This document shows, piece after piece, positions 52,095 to 64,000 of a stretch of 64,000 nucleotides of DNA. The stretch covers positions 40,858,001 through 40,922,000 of the forward strand of contig NC_042997.1 in assembly GCF_006345805.1 (NCBI RefSeq), written 5' to 3'. A program made the translations under genes and the position numbers. Below the pieces are notes generated by a model. It had not been told where the DNA came from and made no database searches. It saw only the letters and a program-made list of their open reading frames with translations. Each line of letters starts with the position of its first letter. Position 1 is the stretch's first letter. The DNA is from Octopus sinensis. Its lineage: Eukaryota.

Positions 52095-53330
52095 CAGACA
52101 AAGTGAAAAGAGCCATCAATTCCTATATTGATGACATCCTGGTGGGCGAGAGCATAGTGCCGGCAAAGGAGGTCATGAGCCACCTGAAGAGTTTGGGGTT
52201 AACTGCCAAACCACTAGAGGCAATGGAATGAGGAGCTGCTCTGGGACTCAAGCTATGGTATTTCAAAGAGGGAATGAGATCCCAGAACTAGGCTCCAAGA
52301 TGAGTAGGTGAGAACTTTTTTCTTTGTGCGGGAAGCTGCTGGGACACTACCTGATTGCAGGATTGCTCTGGATGGCATGCAGCTTCATCAAGAGGCGAGC
52401 TGAAGGAGTGAGATGGAGTGATAACATAGGCGAGAAGACAACCGCCTTGATGCAAGAATTCTTGGAGAGGGTGATTGCAGAGGACACAGTAAGAGGGAAC
52501 TGGTATGTGCCCAAATTAAAGGGGATCATGTGCTGCGATGCCAGCAGCATAGCAATGGGAATTGTCCTGGAAATTGGAGGTGTCATGGTGGAGGATGCGG
52601 CCTGGTTTAGGAAGAAGGACAACTGCAACCACATCAGCGTGGTGGATCTGGCCTTGAGGTGGTGGGGTGTACCATCGAAATCTGGACCAATTCAGCCACT
52701 GTACTTAGATGAGTGGGATCAGTGTTCACCGGCGAGCAGAAGGTGCAAACCAAAGGGGCACAGAGATGCTGATAAAATGCCATTTGGGAGTTCTGGGCGA
52801 GGTGGCTGCCAAGTTTGACCTGAGGCTGAGTGTGGTTTTTGTGCCCTCTGAGAGGAATAGAGCAGACGTCCTGACCAGAGTAAAGAAAGTCTGGTTGCAG
52901 GTGCCAGAGGATCTGGAGCAAGGAGTGGCTGTGGTGTGTTGACTGAGTGACCCAAAGCTGAGGAGACTGCATGCATCACATGGGGGTGGACAGGACCCTG
53001 TTCCTAGCCAGGAAAGTTGACTCTAACGTGACCAGGCAGAGTGTGCAAAGAGTAGTTGGGAGCTGCGACAAGTGCCAGTCCATTGACCCCATTCTGGGTG
53101 TGCATGAGGCAGGAAGCATTTCAGTGGAACACAACTGGAAACGACTGGCAGTGGACGTGATGCACTACCGGCAAGGGACACACCTCTCAATGGTCGACTG
53201 CAGACCACAGCACTTGGCCATATAGAGGGAGATGAAGATGGAGACTGGAGAAAATCACAAGAATACTGAATGGGATATTCTTAAGATGAGACCCCGTGGA
53301 TGAGCTGCTTATAGACAATGACACTGGCTC
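52095..53330 (+). mobile_element. Ty3/Gypsy pol fragment (RT end, RNase H, integrase), decayed
   Basis: YIDDILV, CDASSIAMG, HHMGVDRT..CDKC (integrase HHCC), WKRLAVDV; no LTRs found. Confidence 0.75.
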
Positions 53331-53535
53331 TCCAGACTTCAGTCAAGCCATCCAACTCTTGCCAGCATGGAAAACGGACATTAAATGATGATGATGATGA
53401 TGATATACATAAACATGCACATACATATACATAGCCATACACACAGACATACATATATACTTATATACACATTTATATATTTCAAATGAGATAAATGTGT
53501 TATACAGTTCTATATTTGTTGTTAGCACAGTTCTA

Positions 53536-53655
53536 TGTTTGTTGTTAACACAACGTTTCAGCTGATATACCCTCCAGCCTGGCCTGTGTTTTCCTAAGAT
53601 ACATGATGAAGGCTGGCGGGTATATCAGCTGAAATGTTGTGTTAACAACAAACAA
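53536..53655. repeat. About 45-bp-arm inverted repeat containing a degenerate hammerhead-like motif
   Basis: 53536-53580 is the reverse complement of 53610-53655; plus strand reads ATAC-ATGATGA-A-GGCTG..CAGCT-GAAA-TG-TT-GTGT. Confidence 0.55.
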
Positions 53656-55039
53656 GACGAGGACAAATATCCATCAATTGTAAATAATGTATAAATACGT
53701 TAGATCCTCATATGTAGCACATTATTCATTCACTCAGATATCTACTACATATATGGGAACTTCTGTCTGTGGATGTGTTTGTGGAATTGTTAGCTAACTG
53801 CTCCTTCATGGTTTTATTGATTTTGATGAAACGTGACACGTGAGTAGAACACATGTCTGGAAACTGCATGGTATACTCGGTTGAAAAAAATCGATAATAG
53901 CGCCCCTGGAAGGAATCCTTATATATATCTAATATATTTCATTTTTACAGTCAAGGGAAATAATCCATTTGCTCAGATTTTAACAGCCAAGGGTAATAAC
54001 CCCATCATTTTCCTAAACCATTTCATGTAAATCAAATTGAGTATGTGTATTTCTTAGTATTTGAACTGTTAGAGTAATTTTCGCAATTTATCCAGTACAA
54101 CCCTTAAACAAGTAAATAGTATTTTCCTAAACAATAAATCCACTTATTTCGGTTAATGATTTATTTACTTTGAAGTGTTATTATCTCATATCTGATTAGC
54201 CTGTTATTATGTAACATGCTTCACAATTTTAGTATACATACCTCATTAGTATTCTGTATACTCTGGGAATGCAATAAAGCCCTTTTCGGGGCTACTTTAT
54301 TTGAATTCTTACTATTGGGTAACTAATTTCATGTTATTACATAATTGATTTCACAGTTTGGGTAGTCATAACTTATTGGGAATTCCTAAAAACAAGATCC
54401 TGTATAAGACAGCTCGGTATTCTCTGTAAATGCACAAAAATTGTTTTAAGGGCTACGTACTTTGTATTGTTGTTATTGGATTAGCGAAACAGTTATGATA
54501 ACGGAACCAAGGAATAAGCCCCGCTTTCCTGGGGATTCCCGGGTACGTCAGCTAATATATACCTATCGATACATATAAACAAAATGGAAAACGAAGCCAA
54601 CTCTATATAGCCATAAGAAAATGAAGTCTATAGACACTTTAAATCAAAGGAATATCAATATAAATGCCCCAAATGCAAACATCAAGCCCAAATACCAATT
54701 ATACATGATAAATACGCTATATCTACTTGTATGTACACATTATGGGCAGCTATGTGGGTGCATTACTATGTATACCCATTTGTATATGTGTGTGTGTATA
54801 TGAGAGGTAATGGTGTCAAGAAAACCTAAAGGTGTCAGGTAAGTGCTATAGGTAGCTGTGTATGAGTACGTATATTTATATATATAAGGCCGTGTGTATG
54901 TATGTATGTATATATGTATGATGATATGAATGAGGGGTCCAATGTAGGTCATATATTAGCATGCATATATATAAAAATTAACAGAATGAGATAAGAAATC
55001 CAAGCCTGTGAAAGATTTCAGAACAGTTATAAAGAGAAG

Positions 55040-55087
55040 GTCTTACAGCTGTTTCCGGGATATTTTATATATTCCTTCATTAGAGAC
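55040..55087 (-). ncRNA. Probably inactivated minimal type I hammerhead (pLTR of the adjacent Penelope)
   Basis: GTCT-CTAATGA-AGGAATAT-ATAAA-ATATCCCG-GAAA-C-AGCT-GTA-AGAC: perfect 4-bp helix I, palindromic loop, G5A substitution. Confidence 0.55.
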
Positions 55088-55382
55088 GGTGCGAGAAAAT
55101 AGTTAAGCAATAGTTATTATAGAGAAGATATGAAATACAGATTGAAGTTGAGGGATGAAAACAGACGTGAGATACATAAGGATATTGTATCTACAGTTCC
55201 AGTATTCAAGCAGAATGGTGTATATATATACAGGCTTCCTGTACCTTGTGTGTGGGTTCTAATGTTGCTTATGTGTGTGTGTATATGTATATATGTGTGT
55301 ATATGTATGTATGGTCTATGTATATATATATATATATATGCAAGTCTAAGGGTAAGTATATGTGTATGTATATGGGTATATG

Positions 55383-55431
<49 letters not shown>

Positions 55432-56289
55432 ACACACACATATATTATATATATATATATATATAAATAATATGTTGCAATTACTCAATAGTCAAAATAA
55501 AACTCTGGGTTTCAGATGCTGAAGTGGAAATCCACAACACCATCTCTTCGGTTATCTGGCCATCTGAAAAACGCTATGAAAAAATACCGTTATATAAAGG
55601 GAAAATTACTGTGTTATAATTCTGCCCCTTAGATTAAAAGTTCATAGTAAACACGTAAACATGGCTACTCATATGCTCACATGTGCGCTTGCGGACCCAC
55701 GTGCGTCTTATACATCACTATGAAAACGTACACATCTTCACTCACATTTTTCGCCAAATGTATACGCATATATATACAAACTCATATACACACCCGCGTA
55801 CCATAAAAGTTCATACATACGTCTATATTCGCACAAGCACAAGAAAAAACATGGTTAAAGGTAACAGAAAAAAACATAAGGAAGTATACAAAGCATAAAA
55901 ATCACATTCATATACGGACATGCCCTTATGCACTCATACATACACACGCCCATATATGTACATACCCGCACATGTTTATATACGCATACACACACACGCA
56001 TACACAAAAAATGAATATACATATGACCCAAAAAACCTAAAAAAATTGTGAAAATACTAAATAAAAACGTCAATATATATATATATATATATTTATTCTT
56101 ATGCTCGCACACACGCACACATCTAAAACTGACCACTCATACATATTCACACATGTGTACAAATGAATCTATATACACGTCTATATAGGCACAGGAAAAA
56201 ATGCAGGATGGAAGAGTACAGAAAAAATTATTATGTGTGAAAATATAAAAATATATGAAATAATAAAAGGTATAATGAGATAAAAAACT

Positions 56290-57170
56290 TATTTGGACAT
56301 AATATAGAAAGCAAGTTCTATCTGTTTTCTTTAGGGGACCAAAAACGTAACAAAAATTTTGTCACATTTGGGCATGATCCAAAAAGTTCTGTCCTTGAGT
56401 TTAGACATGTAGTAGGGTCTAAGCTGCTTTTCCAGATAAGCCATCTCTCCATGTCACATAGACCACACTTTCTGCTGCCGTTGGTGTAGGGCTTACATTT
56501 GGCCAAAATTTTCCAATGGATGTTATAACTGACACCTTTATCTTTTAAAAACCAAATATGATTAGATAATTTTGTCGCTTTTCTTTTGCTCCAGTGCCTA
56601 AAATTCAAGGTGTGGTTATTGAACCTGGCCTTGAAATTACCCTCTGTAAGGCCCACGTATTTCTTCGTCGAAACGGTGTCTTTAGTGGTTATAGAGTCCA
56701 CGGTAGCTACATAGATGATGGTCTCGGACATGCAAGCTCCATTTAGCGGGCACAATTTTTTATTCCTGCATGAGCAGCTGTTTTATTGTGGTTTTTGTGT
56801 GTTATGTGTGATTATATTTTTAAAATTGGTAGTTGAACTAAAACTAATTTTTAAATTGTGTTTATTGAAGAGTTTCCTATAAGTATGGTTAACTGGAAAA
56901 TGTCTATCTATCAGTGTTAAGAAATATTTACCTATATTGAAGGTCACCTCGGATGAGTAAGGGGGTATAAACCAGATGATTTTCCTATTTCTATTTTTCC
57001 TCTTCTTTACTGTTGGGCTAGTAACAGGTGTATATTTTATTTTTTCGCTAAAACCACTATCTTTTAAAGCCTTATTATAAACTGGGGCAACGCTATTAAA
57101 AATGTCCTTATCTTGACTATTGAGTAATTGTAACATATTATTTTATAGATAAATTTCCTCTATTTATATA
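56290..57170 (-). mobile_element. Penelope-like 3' fragment (post-RT region plus GIY-YIG endonuclease)
   Basis: ORFs 56783-57136 (RNRKIIWFIPPYS) and 56318-56755 (IIYVATV..KKYVGLTEGNFKARFNNH); 31-bp inverted copy of its start at 55465-55495 versus 57113-57143. Confidence 0.88.
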
Positions 57171-57217
57171 ATATTGAGGTCTCTTTCTTTCTTTTGTTAT
57201 CTTACTGTTTTTACCAA

Positions 57218-57248
<31 letters not shown>

Positions 57249-57264
57249 CCCATATACATAGTGA

Positions 57265-57598
57265 AGGCGCGTGGCTCAGTGGTTAGAGCGTCGAGCTTAC
57301 GATCGTGAGGTTGTGAGCTCGAATCCCGGACCGGGCTGCGAGTTGTGTTCTTGAGCAAGACACTTTATTTCACGTTGCTCCAGTTCACTCAACTGTAGAA
57401 ATGAGTTGCGACGTCACAGGTGCCAAGCTGTATCGGCCCTTGCCTTTCCCTTAGACAACATCGGTGACGTGGAGAGGGGAGGCTGGTATGCATGGGCGAC
57501 TGCTGGTCTTCCATAAAACAACCTTGCCTAGACTTGTGCCTTAGAGGGTAACTCTCTAGGTGCAAACCCATGGTCAGTGTCTGACCGAAGGGGGTCAC
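57265..57598 (+). mobile_element. tRNA-derived SINE, apparently complete
   Basis: A box TGGCTCAGTGG, B box-like GCTCGAATCC, core TGTGTTCTTGAGCAAGACACT. Confidence 0.8.
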
Positions 57599-58496
57599 CA
57601 CATACACATATATATACATACCCATAGAAATGCATATACATACATATATATATATATATACATATACATACACTCTACATACATATACATACATATATAA
57701 ATATGCATATACATCAACATGCATATATATGTGTGCGTGTGTATACATACACACACATATATAATATGTATACACACCCATGCACATATAAATATGCACA
57801 TCCTTATATACATACATACACACGATATTATATATATAAATATTCATACACAGCTATACATCCACACAGCTACCTATATTTATCTACATATATATATATA
57901 TCACCCCATACAGTTATATTTATATATATACACTTGCTTATATATACCTAGATATATAATATATATCCATTGAGATATATATATATATTATATATATATA
58001 TATGCATGTATACCTCTTCCCATATATAATCAAACAAAGAAGTAAATATCTATAGCCACACACACACACACACACAAAAGCTATATGTATAGGGACCTAA
58101 ATGTATCATCATTAAGCTCTTATTTGTATACTCACATCTTTAGAAATATTAATTAAATTTTATTTATAATTTTAATTATAAGTGTTGTTAATTTACTTTA
58201 CAATAGTTAAATATATCTATTACGAGGTATTAATAGGATAGTTTATTAATTATGTAAAAAAAATTATTTTGTTTTGTTTTTCTATTTCTGATTTCTGTAT
58301 GTATATTTTTTATTATTTACCTATTGGAATAACATCGTTATTGAAATAGGTAATATAAACCAGCGAAGTCTTTGGATATTTAATATCCCTTAGGTGTATA
58401 TAGACCTTGTTTAAACTGTTATATATATATATGTATGATGTGTAATTATATATGCCATTATATATATATATATATTTATTTATATCTATGGTATTT

Positions 58497-58528
<32 letters not shown>

Positions 58529-58589
58529 ATATTTATATCATTATATATATATATAGATATTCTTATATATATATATATATATATATCAT

Positions 58590-58929
58590 ATGTAGTCCCG
58601 GGTTGAGTCGGGGTACCCACAGTAAATAAGGTCTCAATACATAGCAGAGTAAATTAATTATTTTATGAAGGAGCGTTACAGGACTAGAACTGTTTCATTC
58701 AAAAGAAATCAAGCAGGAAGCTAGGTTACAGAATAGTTTTGGCATTTATACATTTAGGCAGATTTAAAGTGGTGGTGGTGGGGGGCTTTTTGGGGTAGGC
58801 ATGGCGCAAGTGTCTTTCATAGGGGAGTGTCGAAGAATCAGTGATAAAGTAGATAAACAGAATAATAAATAATAGAATGAGTTTTAGTGTAAAAAAGAAG
58901 ACTATCACTATATATTATGCATATATATC

Positions 58930-58961
<32 letters not shown>

Positions 58962-59191
58962 TACACATACATACATACACACATACATATATGCACCCAT
59001 ATACATACATATACGTACACACCCATACACATACTCATACATACACACATATATATATCCATACACGCACACATACATGCCAACATGCAAGCACACGCAC
59101 ACATATATCAACACACATATATATAAAAAAAGAATATACACCCCCATACACATACGCTCACATATATATATATACACATATATACACACAC

Positions 59192-59231
<40 letters not shown>

Positions 59232-59927
59232 TATACATATATATACACATGCATATACATGCACACATATACACACACATTTCTTCCCTTATGTTTTTAT
59301 TTTATTTTTATTTTTATTTTGACCTCGACCTACCTGGTAGGCACTGAAGTAAGACCCTCTCGAGGGAGCTAGCCAGCCTAAAAAAACCATTTATTGCCCC
59401 TCTCCCTTCCTTTCTATCTTTCTTCCCACTGATACGAGCACAAACACTCACACACGCACACACACTCATACGCACACTCATACACATACACAAACACACG
59501 TGTTCTATGAATACACATACATATACACACACAAGTACACATATTCATACATACATAAGTGTACCGACTTTCACATAAATGTACACATAACTATGTACAC
59601 ACAAAACCACATATATAAATGTACTTCAATACATATAAACACACATGAACATCTGCCTGCATATATAGACGCATATGCCTATATACAGACATTTGTGCAT
59701 ATAAACATACATATGCATATATACGCATCCATACGCTTTTAAGTACATATTAGCACAGATGCACGCATACATGTGTACATAAAAGCATACCTACATATAC
59801 CTACCTACACACATACATATACATACATGCATGTATATACACATACGTACACGTACCTACAAATTCATATCTACACGCATACACATACTTACATCTATAC
59901 ACACACAGAAAACTAGTCCATATATAT

Positions 59928-59960
<33 letters not shown>

Positions 59961-60191
59961 CACACACATACACGTACGCATATACCTACATATACATACA
60001 CATATATAAACACATGCGCATACTAATACACATATGCATATCTACGCACATACACGCACACATATCTATCTACATATATAAAAAAAAGAAACCCAACAAG
60101 TCCATACATATACACACATACATATACATGTACATACATACTCATACATATACACATATATACCCATACGAATATACATACATATACACAT

Positions 60192-60238
<47 letters not shown>

Positions 60239-61160
60239 TATACATACACACACACATATACATACATATACATATACGTCCATACGCACACCTATATACA
60301 TACATACATCCACATAGAGGTATACAGGCATATACACACACATATATACTCATATATATATATATATGTACACACGAATGCACACATATACACATACATA
60401 CACATATATACACCAATACACATACGCATACATAAATGTATACATATGTATAAGCGCATCTATATATACACATAAATACATACATGCATACAAACATATA
60501 CATATATACATACATGCATACTCAAGATGATGATGATATATGTGCAATTACCCATACTTACACATACATATACGTGCGCCTGTACACATACATACAGATA
60601 CATACATATAAACATACACATATATACATATTTACACATATATACATACATACATATACACATATATCTGCATACATACATATACATAAAACACACGAGC
60701 GTATTCAAAGTTATTATCAATACATATGCTGTCATTGATGATACCATCCCAACAATGTATGAAAAGAGCTTCTTACAAGATGTTGCTGATCAAAATTTTG
60801 CCAAATATGATGTCCCATACGAGAAAGACAAAAGCAATTTTGAAAGGAATGATGGTAGCTATAAACAAGACAAAAGATCTCAGTTCCACTGTGGTTGTTT
60901 TATCGTCCATTAACCAGTCTGACAAATGTCTCCCTGTATTCTCCTTGCCATACACCGATGAAGCTGACAAACTCTGACTATGAGTACATATATATATATC
61001 AGTTTGCGCCATGCCTACCCCAAAAAGCCCCCCACCACCACCACTTTAAATCTGCCTAAATGTATAAATGCCAAAACTATTCTTGTCACCTAGCTTCCTG
61101 ATGATTTCTTTTGAATGAAACAGTTCTAGTCCTGTAGCAGCTCCTTCTATAAAATAAATA
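58590..61160 (-). mobile_element. Collapsed Penelope-like element: inverted pLTR pair around a GIY-YIG C-terminal remnant and microsatellites
   Basis: 58665-58820 is the reverse complement of 61000-61155; minus 60720-60950 encodes KILISNIL*EALFIH..IIND, like PLE endonuclease C-termini. Confidence 0.6.
61092..61142 (+). ncRNA. Type I hammerhead ribozyme with canonical core (decayed copy at 58671-58722, minus)
   Basis: AGCTTC-CTGATGA-TTTC-TTTT-GAAT-GAAA-CAG-TTCTAGTC-CTG-TA-GCAGCT: helix III 4 bp, helix I 5 of 6 bp, GUA site after 61136. Confidence 0.65.
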
Positions 61161-61537
61161 TATATATATATGTTTTTATATATATATATATTATTTTATA
61201 TATATATATATGTATTTTATATATAATATATATATATATATATGTATTTTATATATATATATATTATATCTAATATATATATATATATGTATTTTATATA
61301 ATATATATATATATCTATATATATATTATATATAAAATACATATCTATATATATATATATATATAAAATACATATATATATATATCTATATCTCATAAAA
61401 TACATTTAATATAATATATAATCAAGATAAACTACATATTATATATATATATATAAATATAAAATCCATATATATATATGGTATTTTATATTTCTGTATA
61501 TTTATATATATATATATATATATATAATATGATTTTA

Positions 61538-61575
<38 letters not shown>

Positions 61576-61942
61576 TAATATATATGTATTTTTACTTTAT
61601 GTAATATAGATATATGATTGATTGATTGATTCTAGTTTCAGCTTATGAGCCATGGCCCTGCGGGCACCGCCATATATATATATATAATAGTATTATGTAT
61701 TATTATTATATAAAATAATATATATAATATATATATATATATTATATATATATATAGTATATATATATATAATATATATATATATATATTATATTGTATT
61801 ATATTTATCTATATATATATATTATATGTATTTTATATATTATGTAATATATATATATATATGTATTTTATATTTATGTATTCTATATATATATGTTTTT
61901 ATATTTATCTATATGTATATATTATGTATTTTATATTTATGT

Positions 61943-61982
<40 letters not shown>

Positions 61983-62239
61983 ATATGTATATTATATATT
62001 ATATGGAATTTTTATATTTATTTAGATATATAATATATATTATAATGTTATATATATATGTATTTTATATTTATGTAGATATATATAATATATATGTATA
62101 TATATATGTATTTTATATTATGTAGATATATTATATGTATATATAATATATATATATAATATGTATTATATTATGTATATATATATATTCTATATATATG
62201 ATATTATGTTATGTATATATATATGTATATCTATGTTAT

Positions 62240-62271
<32 letters not shown>

Positions 62272-62564
62272 ATGATGTATATTATATATATATATGTATA
62301 TATATATATGTAATATATATAATATATTTATATATATATATATATTATATATATTATATAATGTATTGTATATATATATGTATATGTATATATATAATGT
62401 ATAGTATATATATATATGTATAATATATATATATATTATATATATATATGTATATATATAATTATATATATATATGTATTATATATATGTATATATATAT
62501 GTATATATATATATTTTATATATATAATATTTATATATATATATATATATATCTATATGTTATG

Positions 62565-62601
<37 letters not shown>

Positions 62602-62609
62602 GTATATAT

Positions 62610-62651
<42 letters not shown>

Positions 62652-62660
62652 CACACATAT
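61155..62660. repeat. Very long (TA)n-rich low-complexity tract
   Basis: Direct reading; similar (CA/TA)n tracts at 57600-58060 and 58870-60700. Confidence 0.95.
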
Positions 62661-64000
62661 ATGATGGCCGTCCACTCATGACCAAGGAAGACCATTGCTG
62701 ACCTTCAGGAACATTGTGCACTCTGGGACTAACTTATATTTTGCATTTGTGGCTCTGTTGGTGAGTGACGAGGCCTGCTCTTGACAAGCATACACGCTGC
62801 AAACATTGCAGACCAAGCTTTCCCCATTAATATATATATGATGGGCTTCTTTCAGTTTCCATCCACCAAATTCACTCATGAGGCTTCGGTCAGTAGACAC
62901 TCTTTAGTAGAAGACACTCTTTAAAGTATAGAGTTGAACTTCATGTAGCCACCTGTTGGCAACTTTTCTCCCCCACCCATTTTGTAGGGGGTATTACTCA
63001 TTTTTCTGGGCTCTTTTCACAGCTGTACCCTGTTCGAAATTTGGATTAGTTTTTGTATGAAAAGAAAAGGAACAGAGTGGGGGCTTTATTGTAGTTTGTG
63101 GAGAAAACATTAAACATGCCTGAAAATAAAAACATGGTCTTTCCCCCCAACTAAAAGACATGAAGAACTATGAAAGGAGGTAAATAAGTACTGGAGGTGG
63201 GAGGAAAGAAGAGAGAAGTAACAGTGGATTGTTCTAGAACTGCCAGAATGAAAGACTTTCCCTCTTCTTCATTGTTAAGAGTAAAGAAGCAAGGAAAGAT
63301 CGATCGTATTCCAGTCTAATTGTCGTTTTAAATGACTGAGGCTTTCCTTTCTCTGCCTCTCTCACTTCATTCCTTTTCTCTACGGTTAAGAGAGTGAAGG
63401 TGCTTAGGTGTATTCGGCCCATGATCGTAAAGTCACGAGAATGATTCCCTGCGGTGCACTGTGTTTTTGAGCAAGGTACTCTACTTCACTTTGCTGCAGT
63501 GTACTCAGCTTGCAAAAGTGAGTCGTAGCTGGAAATCAAAGGGGCCATCCCTGTAACATTCTGTGTGAGGCTGAATCTCCTTGAGAACTACCTTATGGTA
63601 TGCATGTCTGTGGAGTATTCAGCCACTTGCACGTTAATTTTATGAGCAGAACCTCATCATCATAACCAATGGAGTGCCATTTTTTAAAAAGAGTGAAAGA
63701 AAAGGAAATGCTCCAAATCGTAAGTCAAAAATGTCGTGTGTTTAGCATTATCAATGAAAGCTAAGACGAAATTATTGCTATTCCGTCGTGTATTCACCCT
63801 CGACTCACACTCAGTTTGATAACAACACCCTGTGATCTGGGGGCTTTGCCTCCTGATCTGTGAGGCCCACAAATGATTGGATTAACATCCATATTGATCC
63901 TAAAGATTAAAATGATTTTCCTGCCCCTATATAAGATCTTTATTTGTTTTCTTCCAATCACTTGAAGATCTGTCTTGCTCCAGTTCACTCAGCTGGCCAA

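Noticed and set aside
59335-59385. CTGAAGTAAGACCCTCTCGAGGG hairpin as a hammerhead
   Set aside because: No GAAA or UH after the stem

Overview
Eukaryotic, AT-rich, repeat-dense genomic DNA. The repeat landscape resembles an octopod cephalopod (inference from recall, not searched). The only host gene I can support is a minus-strand macrodomain protein of the PARP14/PARP9/PARP15 (macro-PARP) type. Three phase-1 exons are reconstructed: 29826-28303, 22331-22083 and 11514-11335; the remaining exons appear to lie outside the window. A 2.5-kb tandem duplication creates a second, truncated and divergent copy of the large exon's 5' end. The rest is transposon-derived: several RTE LINEs, an R4-clade fragment, a near-intact CR1-group LINE with an unusual ORF1, Penelope-like elements, two mariners, Helitrons, a Gypsy fragment, tRNA-derived SINEs and long (TA)n/(CA)n tracts. 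The most striking signal is non-coding: type I hammerhead-ribozyme motifs from six distinct repeat families between 37 and 61 kb. They include a 1.18-kb retrozyme-like insertion at 49647-50824. It is built from 357-bp units, each with a minimal hammerhead carrying a U3-A8 compensatory core, arranged as an inversion, flanked by a 12-bp target-site duplication and nested in a Helitron 3' region.
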